Source: Candidatus Micrarchaeota archaeon CG_4_10_14_0_2_um_filter_60_11
GTDB lineage: Archaea; Micrarchaeota; Micrarchaeia; Norongarragalinales; Norongarragalinaceae
NCBI GenBank assembly: GCA_002792915.1
Contig: PFPF01000034.1
Span: forward strand, 1 to 41,447
DNA length: 41,447 bases
Reading direction: 5' to 3'
Each line of letters begins with the position of its first letter. Within the stretch, counting starts at the first letter, position 1. The notes beneath the pieces are model-generated. The model worked only from the letters and a program-made list of their open reading frames with translations, ran no database searches and was not told the DNA's origin. Both the position numbers and the translations under genes were made by a program. Below are positions 17,708-24,682 of this stretch, one piece after another.

Positions 17708-18796
17708 GTGGCAAAAAAAGGCAACCGCAAAGCCTCCGCCAAAGTTTCTTCGGCAACCGCTAGGGTCAAGGCCGCGAGGCCGAAAACCAAAGCCAATGCC
17801 AACGCGGCCTTTTTGCCTCCCGAAATCAAGTCCAGCGCGGACCTGAAGGTTCCCGAAAAAATCGTGGACCGGGTGATCGGGCAGGACGCCAGCGTCGAAG
17901 TCATCCGCAAGGCCGCGTCCCAAAAGCGCAACGTGCTGTTCGTAGGCTCGCCGGGAACGGGCAAGAGCATGCTTGCGCAGGCCATGGCCGAGCTGCTTCC
18001 GGTTGAAAAGCTGGAGGACATACTTGTCTACCCGAACGCGGAGAACGAGAACGCGCCCATCGTGAAAGTCGTGCCTGCGGGCGAAGGCAGAAAAATCGTG
18101 GAGCAGGAACGCGTCAAGTCCGTGGTTCCCGGCGGCAACCCCAACCTGATAGTGATGGTCCTGCTCATGGTGTTCTCGTTCCTGCTGCTGACCTTCTGGA
18201 GGCCGACGCTCGGCGACGTGATAACCGCCGCGCTCCTCATTTGCACTTTCATATTGGCGGGACTTGTTGCCATCGGCTCCCAGCTGAGCCGCGGCCCGAA
18301 GCTCTTCGAATCCGCCGCCGAAGGCGCGAAGCTCCTCATCGACAATTCCGGAAAGACGCGTGCGCCCTTCGTTGACGCGACCGGCGCGCGGGCGGGCGCT
18401 TTGTTGGGCGACTGCAGGCACGACCCGTTCCAGTCAATGACCGGCGAGGACAGGCTAGTGGTTGCAACCGGCGGCATCGAGAAAGAGGTTTCTTTCGCGG
18501 AATTGTGGAAGCGCACGGCTGCCAAGCATCCAGAACTCGTCGAAACGAACGAGGACGGCTACGAGGCGATAATACTTCCCGGCGACGAGGAAGTTTACAC
18601 CATCGGCTACGATGCCGGCGCGCCAATCAAGACGCGCGTCTTGTTCCTGAACCGCAGGCCTTACGACGGCGAAATCGTGGAAGTCAGAGCTGGGGGCAGC
18701 GAAGCGGCGTTCACGCCCGAACACGAGCTCATAACCCAGTCCGGCGACAAGCCCGTTTCGCAGATAAGAAAGGGCGACGAGCTCGTCACGCGCTAG
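17708..18796 (+). CDS. lonB: LonB protease N-terminal fragment (Walker A plus membrane hairpin) fused to an N-terminal intein half. The ORF stops inside the intein.
   Basis: 'VPEKIVDRVIGQDASVEVIRKAASQKRNVLFVGSPGTGKSMLAQAMAELLP'. Two TM helices ('LIVMVLLMVFSFLLLTF', 'ITAALLICTFILAGLVAIG'). 'LLGDCRHDPFQ' is followed by Hint-like sequence. TATA-like 'CTTTTATT' about 27 nt upstream of the GTG at 17708. No Walker B, sensor or protease domain follows. Confidence 0.8.
   Translation: MAKKGNRKASAKVSSATARVKAARPKTKANANAAFLPPEIKSSADLKVPEKIVDRVIGQDASVEVIRKAASQKRNVLFVGSPGTGKSMLAQAMAELLPVEKLEDILVYPNAENENAPIVKVVPAGEGRKIVEQERVKSVVPGGNPNLIVMVLLMVFSFLLLTFWRPTLGDVITAALLICTFILAGLVAIGSQLSRGPKLFESAAEGAKLLIDNSGKTRAPFVDATGARAGALLGDCRHDPFQSMTGEDRLVVATGGIEKEVSFAELWKRTAAKHPELVETNEDGYEAIILPGDEEVYTIGYDAGAPIKTRVLFLNRRPYDGEIVEVRAGGSEAAFTPEHELITQSGDKPVSQIRKGDELVTR
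18434..18793 (+). mobile_element. Intein N-terminal splicing half (Hint blocks A and B), 120 aa, without an endonuclease or C-terminal splicing region
   Basis: Block A-like 'SMTGEDRLVVATGG' directly after the conserved LonB 'HDPFQ'. Block B-like 'FTPEHELITQSGDKPVSQIRKGDELV' (TxxH) about 94 residues later. TAG stop at 18794. Confidence 0.6.
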
Positions 18797-18833
18797 ACAA
18801 CTCTTTTATTCGCAGCAATCAGACTCTTAGCAG

Positions 18834-20072
18834 ATGAAGCGCGCCCTCCTCCTGCTGCTCGCCTTTTCGGCTTTCGCCCTCGCAGCCGAGGCAACGCCCG
18901 CGCCGCATTGGTACGAGCGCGTCAGCCTGTCCGAAAGCCACACGAGCCAGCAAATGCTGTTGCTGGACATCGACGGCGCGCGCCTCACCGTCAACGGCAA
19001 CGAGTTTCTTGTCGACTTAGTCGACCGTTCGCCGGACTCCGTTGCCTTGAAGATAACCCATGACGGCGAAGTCTTGTGCAGCGGCTTGGAGCCGAACTGC
19101 ATCTTGAAGGCGGGACAGGAAAACGACGCCTTGCTGGCCATGACGGGCGTGCGCATCTCTTGGACGCCCTCGCAGTATTCGGACGACATGAGCAACGGCG
19201 CGCTCATCCTTTTCGAGTTGCCGGGTCCGGCTTGTGTCCAGATTTACGGCAGCGCAGCCGTTGAAACGGGCTTGAACCTGGCGTTTGTTTCCGACGGCTT
19301 CGAAAAAGGCGAGGAGGCGGAGTTCAAGGCGGCAGCCGTGAATGCCGTGCGCGACCTAATTTCCGTTGCGCCTTACTCGCGGCACGCCGCCGCGGTGAAC
19401 GCGTACTACGTGCCGGCCAGTTTCGGCAAATCGTACGAGTTCACCGACCAAGGCATGCCCGAAGGCATCAGTAATGCGGTCCGCGAGTGCAGGCAAGCGG
19501 TGACAGTGCTGTTGTCCAAAGAGTTCTGGAAGGGTGAAACAGCCTTAGCCTCTCGTGGGTTTGCGCGCCTGCCCGCACCCCTGTATTTGAAGTCGCGTTC
19601 GGACGCGCTGACCGGCAGGTTGGTCGTGGCGCACGAGTTCGCGCACGCGATTGCGGAGCTGGACGACGAAACGTTCAACGAATCCAGGTTCGCTTCCGGC
19701 GAAGGCGCGACGCTGGTTTACGCGCCTAACACGGACATGCTCGGCTGTGGCAAGTGGTGCTCGGGCGCCAACGGCGGCGGCAAACAGTGCAATACCCTGT
19801 GGGCCGCCTTCTCGAATTGCCAGGGTAAGGGTGCGGAGTGCGTTGCTGGCGTGTCCGCCGCTTACGGCGCGGACGCTTTGGCCGCCCTGCTGGCGTGCAA
19901 CTTCGGCTCGGACTGCGTCAGCGGTACGGGATGCTACGCGGGCGTCGGCTACGTGTTCATAACCGCATTCAAGCCCGTTAAGAGCGATTGCATCATGGGC
20001 GATTTGTATTCCGCCCGCTTCTGCCCGGTTTGCGAGCGCGCTCTAGAGGAAAAGCTCAAGGAGTTCGGTTGA
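18834..20072 (+). CDS. Secreted zinc metallopeptidase, M64 (IgA-peptidase)-like, with a Cys-rich C-terminal region
   Basis: Signal peptide 'MKRALLLLLAFSAFALAAEA'. 'NLAFVSDGFEKGEEAEFKAA...APYSRHAAAVNAYYV'. 'VVAHEFAHAIAELDDE' (HExxH...L.DE). Confidence 0.6.
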   Translation: MKRALLLLLAFSAFALAAEATPAPHWYERVSLSESHTSQQMLLLDIDGARLTVNGNEFLVDLVDRSPDSVALKITHDGEVLCSGLEPNCILKAGQENDALLAMTGVRISWTPSQYSDDMSNGALILFELPGPACVQIYGSAAVETGLNLAFVSDGFEKGEEAEFKAAAVNAVRDLISVAPYSRHAAAVNAYYVPASFGKSYEFTDQGMPEGISNAVRECRQAVTVLLSKEFWKGETALASRGFARLPAPLYLKSRSDALTGRLVVAHEFAHAIAELDDETFNESRFASGEGATLVYAPNTDMLGCGKWCSGANGGGKQCNTLWAAFSNCQGKGAECVAGVSAAYGADALAALLACNFGSDCVSGTGCYAGVGYVFITAFKPVKSDCIMGDLYSARFCPVCERALEEKLKEFG

Positions 20073-20073
20073 A

Positions 20074-20640
20074 TTGAAGGCGTTGCTCGCGTTCCTCGCG
20101 GTTTGCTCGCTCGTTGCCGGCGCGCAGCACTTGGCCGTCGAGCTTGATTATTCGAACGGCAGCTTGTCCTGCGTTTCCGCGCAACTTGCATCGGGCTACC
20201 CCGAAGACTACCGCCTGCACTCTTCGGCTGGCGATTACTCGTACGCGCTGCTGGCCGAAAACAACAGCGTTCTCGACTCTTTTCCGTTCGGCGCGCCAAT
20301 GGTTTTTTACGACGACTTTTCCGCGAATTCGACGGGGGGAAGTTCGGCGGAGCTGGAGGGACCTTTCGAGTTGCGCGCCAAAAGTTTAGACGGCGCGGCA
20401 GCCGTGAAGATAAGCGAGGGCAACCGCACGGTTTGCCTGCTTTCACTGGCCGCGCCTTCAGTCCCGCAAATGCAGGCGACCGCGTCGCCTTCCGCTTCAC
20501 CTTCGCCCTCATCTTCCCCGCAGCCTTCACCCGCCCAGCCAACCGGCAGCAATCAAGGCTTTTTCTGGGCGGCTGTCCTGCTCGCTGCGCTGGCGGCCGG
20601 AGCGTTCATTTACTATTCGGATAAGCGCGGGCGCCGCTAG
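20074..20640 (+). CDS. Secreted/anchored protein with a Pro/Ser linker and a C-terminal TM plus basic tail (PGF-CTERM-like)
   Basis: TTG start 1 nt after the previous stop. Signal 'MKALLAFLAVCSLVAGA'. 'SPSASPSPSSSPQPSPAQPTGSNQGFFWAAVLLAALAAGAFIYYSDKRGRR'. Confidence 0.55.
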   Translation: MKALLAFLAVCSLVAGAQHLAVELDYSNGSLSCVSAQLASGYPEDYRLHSSAGDYSYALLAENNSVLDSFPFGAPMVFYDDFSANSTGGSSAELEGPFELRAKSLDGAAAVKISEGNRTVCLLSLAAPSVPQMQATASPSASPSPSSSPQPSPAQPTGSNQGFFWAAVLLAALAAGAFIYYSDKRGRR

Positions 20641-20662
20641 GGCTTGAATGCGCTTAAATTCG

Positions 20663-20905
20663 TCAGCCGCCCACGTACGATTCCACGGGCTGCCTCATGT
20701 AACAAGTGCCAGACTGATTGCTTCCGTCGGGTCCCGTGAACCAGCAAGAGTAAGGGTAGCCACCCTTCTGCAGGTAATCGCCGGCCGCAGCCGACTGCGC
20801 GGCGTAACAGTAACCCGCAAGCGCGCCCACGACGAGGCAGGCGAGCGCCACCAGAATCAAGACGCGACTGTCCTTTCCCTTCATCCGCATCGACCCCTTT
20901 TCCAC
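20663..20905 (-). CDS. Small hypothetical membrane/secreted protein (80 aa)
   Basis: TM 'VLILVALACLVVGALAGY'. TATA box about 25 nt upstream of the GTG at 20905 (ATG alternatives at 20890 and 20884). Confidence 0.4.
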   Translation of the reverse strand: MEKGSMRMKGKDSRVLILVALACLVVGALAGYCYAAQSAAAGDYLQKGGYPYSCWFTGPDGSNQSGTCYMRQPVESYVGG

Positions 20906-20924
20906 GAATGCTTTGCGCCCCCGG

Positions 20925-20934
20925 TTTATAAAAA
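20925..20934 (-). promoter_or_regulatory. TATA box ('TTTTTATAAA' on the minus strand)
   Basis: AT-rich box centred about 25 nt upstream of the 20905 start. It lies in the divergent region with csp, which has its own 'CTTATATAC' box around 20960. Confidence 0.4.
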
Positions 20935-21015
20935 GCCCGCCTGTCGCCTCCAGACAGGAATCTTATATACCCCACCGTCCAAAAGATTTGGTCTACAGTG
21001 GTGTGGTGATATGGT

Positions 21016-21207
21016 ATGAAAGGTAAAGTAAAGATGTTCAACACCGCGCGCGGTTTTGGATTCGTCACGGGCGACGACGGCAAGGACGTCTACGTGCACA
21101 CCTCGGCAATCGAGGGCGGTGCGACTCTCGCGCCGGGCGACGCAGTCGAATACGAAGTCGAAGCGAGCGAACGCGGTTCCCGCGCAAAGAGCCTGAAGAA
21201 GCTTTAG
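21016..21207 (+). CDS. csp: Cold-shock domain protein (CspA family)
   Basis: '[31 protein letters not shown]' (RNP1 'GFGF', RNP2 'VYVH'). 63 aa. Confidence 0.9.
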   Translation: MKGKVKMFNTARGFGFVTGDDGKDVYVHTSAIEGGATLAPGDAVEYEVEASERGSRAKSLKKL

Positions 21208-21269
21208 GACGCTGCGTTTTTTGGCCGCAGCCAACATTTTCGGCTAGCTCCGGCTGGAATAAAATAGGA

Positions 21270-21314
21270 TGCAGGGGGAGAGATTCGAACTCTCGAACCC
21301 CTAAGAGAACCGGT
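21270..21314 (-). tRNA. Orphan tRNA 3' half (class II, Leu-like): anticodon-stem 3' strand, long variable arm, T-arm, acceptor 3' strand and A73, with no adjacent 5' half
   Basis: The minus strand reads 'ACCGG TTCTCTTAGGGGTTC GAGAG TTCGAAT CTCTC CCCCTGC A'. The matching 5' acceptor 'GCAGGGG' is absent from the 100 nt upstream. Confidence 0.6.
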
Positions 21315-21353
21315 CATTGCACTGGAACCGAGGTCTACCTTTGTTTTTAAATT

Positions 21354-22076
21354 GTGAAATGCTGGGCACTTTGGCTGGCTATGGTTTATGTCCCGAAAAT
21401 TACGGAGTTCGACTTGAATGTGGATACTGCGTATTTGACTGGCGTGATAATCGGCGACGGCCACATAAGCGGCGATTATCGTTCTTTTCCGCCGCGTGAC
21501 GAAATTGATCCGAAGATTGCGATAGAAGGCGGCAATCGGGTGTTTATTTGCGATGAAGTTAAGCCACTCGTAGACAAAACAATTTTGCGGAGTTGCAATG
21601 TTACCGAGCGGGGCAGCAGGGGAATTAACCGGAACCCTACTTGGGTTCTTGCGTTCAGGAGCAAGTATTTTCACAAGTTTTTGACCGAAGACTTGGGTCT
21701 GCCTAAAGGCAAGAAAGCCGAAAAAATCTCGTTGCGCGTCATGCTGGAAAAAATAGGCGATCGTGCTGAAGTCAAGCGTGCTTTAATTGCAGGCATTTTT
21801 GACACGGACGGCGGTTTGCGGGGGAACAGCATAGGGCATTGCACGGCGAGTAAATCCTTGCGGGATGAAATGATTGACTTGCTCGCAGAAAACGATATTG
21901 CCGCAACAAGAAGCGAATGGGTGAACAAGCGGTATAACAAGAAATACTACGACTGGCGAATAAAGCGCCATGAATCAATCCGCTCTTTCTTGGAAAAAAT
22001 TCCGCTTAGGAATAAAATCAGAAAAGAGCGGATTCGCCAGCGTTTTTGCGCCGCGCCTGCGGCTAAGGTTGTGTAA
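21354..22076 (+). CDS. Free-standing LAGLIDADG (double-motif) homing endonuclease
   Basis: Motif 1 'YLTGVIIGDGHI' and motif 2 'LIAGIFDTDGGL'. The likely real start is the ATG at 21381 ('MVYVPKITEF'), with a 'TTTTTAAAT' box at 21344-21352. Local GC (about 40-52% per 60-nt row) is clearly below the flanks. Confidence 0.85.
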   Translation: MKCWALWLAMVYVPKITEFDLNVDTAYLTGVIIGDGHISGDYRSFPPRDEIDPKIAIEGGNRVFICDEVKPLVDKTILRSCNVTERGSRGINRNPTWVLAFRSKYFHKFLTEDLGLPKGKKAEKISLRVMLEKIGDRAEVKRALIAGIFDTDGGLRGNSIGHCTASKSLRDEMIDLLAENDIAATRSEWVNKRYNKKYYDWRIKRHESIRSFLEKIPLRNKIRKERIRQRFCAAPAAKVV

Positions 22077-22077
22077 A

Positions 22078-22210
22078 TGCAGGGGAAGGGAGTTTCAGCG
22101 TTTTTTAGCGCGGGTTTTTGCCCGCAGCAAAAAAGCGCATTTGAACCCTTGTACCCCTAAGGGACAGCCCCCTAAAGGCCGCGCATTTGACCAGGCTCTG
22201 CCACCCCTGC
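22078..22210 (-). tRNA. tRNA-Leu(UAG) with an approximately 48-nt intron in the T-loop
   Basis: The minus strand reads 'GCAGGGG TG GCAGAGCCTGGTCAAATGC G CGGCC TTTAGGG GGCTG TCCCTTAGGGGTAC AAGGG TTCAAAT [48 nt, about 22091-22138] CCCTT CCCCTGC A'. All stems pair. The intron folds as a long hairpin (GCG.TTTTTT/AAAAAACGC and GCGGG/CCCGC). Confidence 0.8.
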
Positions 22211-22235
22211 AACGCTAAGTATTCCGGCTTCAAGG

Positions 22236-22244
22236 GTTAAAAAC
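22236..22244 (-). promoter_or_regulatory. TATA-like box upstream of tRNA-Leu
   Basis: The minus strand reads 'GTTTTTAAC' 26-34 nt upstream of the tRNA 5' end at 22210. Confidence 0.45.
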
Positions 22245-22256
22245 GCGCGGCTGGGT

Positions 22257-22985
22257 TCAGCCGTACATCGGGTTGGTTTCCATGCGCTTGTAGTCCTGGT
22301 GGAGCGCCTGTATTTTTTCCATGGCGTCCTTCATCTTGGACTCGATTTGGTTGCCTTCCTTGCGGAGTTCAACCGTGTCGATGGGCACGCCGATTATTTC
22401 AGACAGCTTTTCAAGCAGCGAAGCCGCGGCCTTCGGGTCCATCGGCAGCTGGGTTTCCGCGAGAATGTTCGCGGCAGGGTAAGACTCGCTCGCGCACTCG
22501 GCGATGAGCAAGCCGCTCACGCCCTGCGTGGCGCCCTCCTTTATGAGCTCGATGCCGTTCTTCTTGAGCAACTCGGACATTTTAGGCGTGCTCGCGATTC
22601 CGTGTATTGCCGCAGTGGGCGGCTGTTGCGTGGCTATGCCCGCCAGCGAGTAAATCGCCCGCGCTTTCTTCGCCTTGGCGTAGTCTAGAATCGTCTGCGT
22701 CAATTCGTAGACCACTTCCGCGGGTATCACGAACTCGGAGAAAAGCACTATCAAGTCGTGCTTTTCGGAAGCGTAAATGCGCGCGGGCGAGACCGGCTTG
22801 TAGTCGTGAATCGCCGAGATTGGCGGGAAATGGCTTGACGCCACGTAGCCAACGAGCTTCATGTCCATCTTGCCGGACAGGTAGGCCGCGGAAAGCGTCC
22901 CTATCATGCCGATGCCCGGGAACCCCTCGATTATCACCGGGTTCTTGGTCTTGAATTTGCAGCACTCCTTGATTTCGACTTTCAT
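22257..22985 (-). CDS. PAC2-family proteasome assembly chaperone (PbaA/PbaB-like)
   Basis: 'NPVIIEGFPGIGMIGTLSAAYL...SSHFPPISAI...ARIYAS'. C-terminal helical region ending in the HbYX-type tripeptide 'MYG'. Confidence 0.7.
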   Translation of the reverse strand: MKVEIKECCKFKTKNPVIIEGFPGIGMIGTLSAAYLSGKMDMKLVGYVASSHFPPISAIHDYKPVSPARIYASEKHDLIVLFSEFVIPAEVVYELTQTILDYAKAKKARAIYSLAGIATQQPPTAAIHGIASTPKMSELLKKNGIELIKEGATQGVSGLLIAECASESYPAANILAETQLPMDPKAAASLLEKLSEIIGVPIDTVELRKEGNQIESKMKDAMEKIQALHQDYKRMETNPMYG

Positions 22986-23010
22986 GACGGGGTAACCGCG
23001 AGGCGCTTTT

Positions 23011-23850
23011 TTAGGCTATTGTTGCGGAGCGGACGAGCTCGAATATTGCCAGCGCGCAAGGCAGGCAGAGCGCGGCGTAGGCGATGAACTTCTTTGGCGC
23101 GCCTTCGAACGACGCGGCGAACCAGCACGCGAGCAGGGCGAAAGCCGCCAGATAAGCCTGGCTGCCCAGAGTCACCGCGTCAAGCAGCGCGCTTCGCTGC
23201 GCCGCGCTCGCCGAAGAGTAAAACAGCCCGCCGCTTGCGGCAAAGCTCCCGTTCAGGGAGTTGACCACGCTCAACAGGACCGCCAGGATAAAAGGGACGA
23301 GCGCCGCCGAGGCAATCAGGAGCGTGTACTTTTGCACGGCGAGCGAGGCGGCGTTCTCCCTGCCGAGCGCCTGCATCTGGAACGCGTCCTCGGCGACTTC
23401 CTTGAACGCGTTCGACTGGTCGCCGCCGTTCGCGTAAGCGTTAGAAAGCAGCCAGCACGCGCGCCCCAGCAACGCCGAGCCGTTCTCCCGCGCCATCAGC
23501 TCAAGAGCTCGCGGCACGCTTGCGCCCGCGTTGACGCGGCGGTTCGCCTTCGCGAACTCGTTGCTTAGCAAGCCGTAGTCGCTCGCGGCTATTGCCGCGA
23601 TTGCCTTCTCGATGTTCGCGCCCTTCGGGAGGGAAGCGACTTGGAACAATGCCGAGGGCAGCGCTTCCTCGATGTCGCGGACGCGGCGTTCCGCCTGATA
23701 GCCCGCATAGGCAACGAGCGCGGCGGGGGGAACGCAGGCGGTCGCGAAGAATACCAACGCCATTTTCAGCGGCGGCAAGTCGAACAACGCGAGTTCGAGC
23801 AAAGCCAACGCAAGCGACGCGCCCGCGGCTGCCAGCACCAGCTTACGCAT
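23011..23850 (-). CDS. Type II secretion F-domain platform protein (TadC/FlaJ-half-like), 279 aa
   Basis: N-terminal TMs, a cytoplasmic helical domain ('IEEALPSALFQVASLPKGANIEKAI...VPRALELMA') and C-terminal TMs. Overlaps the upstream paralogue by 8 nt. Confidence 0.65.
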   Translation of the reverse strand: MRKLVLAAAGASLALALLELALFDLPPLKMALVFFATACVPPAALVAYAGYQAERRVRDIEEALPSALFQVASLPKGANIEKAIAAIAASDYGLLSNEFAKANRRVNAGASVPRALELMARENGSALLGRACWLLSNAYANGGDQSNAFKEVAEDAFQMQALGRENAASLAVQKYTLLIASAALVPFILAVLLSVVNSLNGSFAASGGLFYSSASAAQRSALLDAVTLGSQAYLAAFALLACWFAASFEGAPKKFIAYAALCLPCALAIFELVRSATIA

Positions 23851-24682
23851 TGGCGTTCACCTTGGGCGCCTGCGAGCGCAAGTATTGCAGCACGATGAAA
23901 TCCGCGGCTGGGAAGCCCAGCAGGTAGGCGTACAATATTTGTTCGGGAGTAAAAGTGACCTCCAAAAAAGCCGAGCCGATTATTGCGTACGCGCCGAAGA
24001 ACGCGGGAATAATGCCGCCGACCGCGATGAACGCCAGGCTGGCAATGCCCTGTTTCGCCGCGTACCTCTTGAGCCGCTCGCGCTGCAGCGAAGCCGTTTC
24101 GTCCGCAAGCCTGCGCAACCCCTCGGCTTTGCCTTCCTCGAAAGCGGTCGACAGTTGCACGCACGCGCGCTTTACGACGACCGAGTCCACTCGTTCGCCC
24201 ATCTGCCGCAATGCTTCGGGAAACGCTTTGCCGCGCTTGACATCCCCGAGGACGCGCTTGAATTCCACGCCGGCCAAGTCGAAGCGCGTTGCGCTTTCAA
24301 CCGCGCGCTCGAACGACGCGTTCAAGCCGAGCTCCGTCGCAATCGTGCGTAACGCAGCCGACAGTCCGTCTTCCACGAGTTCGGCGCGCTCGCGCGCCTT
24401 CCAGAAGGGAAGCGAATGCAAAAGCCACAAGACCAACGCGGAAAACGCGAAGCCAACCGCAAGGGCAATCCCAATTTGCCCGGTGAACGCAAAAGCCGCC
24501 AGTATTGCTATTGCCAGCGTGAACGCGCTCGCTGCCGAAGCGAAGCCCAGCCACTCCCCCGCCCGCGTCTTGAAGCCCGCCTTGTGCAGCGCGCCCGCCG
24601 TGCGAAGGCGCGTGCGCTCGTCGAACAGCTTGGACGCGTTCCAACCGATGCTTTCCGCGGCTTCATCCAGCATTGCAATCAA
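23843..24682 (-). CDS. Type II secretion F-domain platform protein (TadB/FlaJ-half-like), 279 aa
   Basis: TM - helical domain ('LVEDGLSAALRTIATELGLNASFERAVE...FPEALRQMG') - TM architecture. 4-nt overlap with the ATPase gene. Confidence 0.65.
   Translation of the reverse strand: MIAMLDEAAESIGWNASKLFDERTRLRTAGALHKAGFKTRAGEWLGFASAASAFTLAIAILAAFAFTGQIGIALAVGFAFSALVLWLLHSLPFWKARERAELVEDGLSAALRTIATELGLNASFERAVESATRFDLAGVEFKRVLGDVKRGKAFPEALRQMGERVDSVVVKRACVQLSTAFEEGKAEGLRRLADETASLQRERLKRYAAKQGIASLAFIAVGGIIPAFFGAYAIIGSAFLEVTFTPEQILYAYLLGFPAADFIVLQYLRSQAPKVNANA

Noticed and set aside
21354-22076. Idea that the free-standing LAGLIDADG gene is the detached endonuclease domain of the LonB intein
   Set aside because: Five unrelated genes (the M64-like peptidase, the PS-linker protein, the 80-aa ORF, csp and the orphan tRNA 3' half) lie between them. 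The ORF has no intein splicing blocks at either end, and it sits in a compositionally distinct islet. The link cannot be excluded evolutionarily, but nothing in the sequence supports it.
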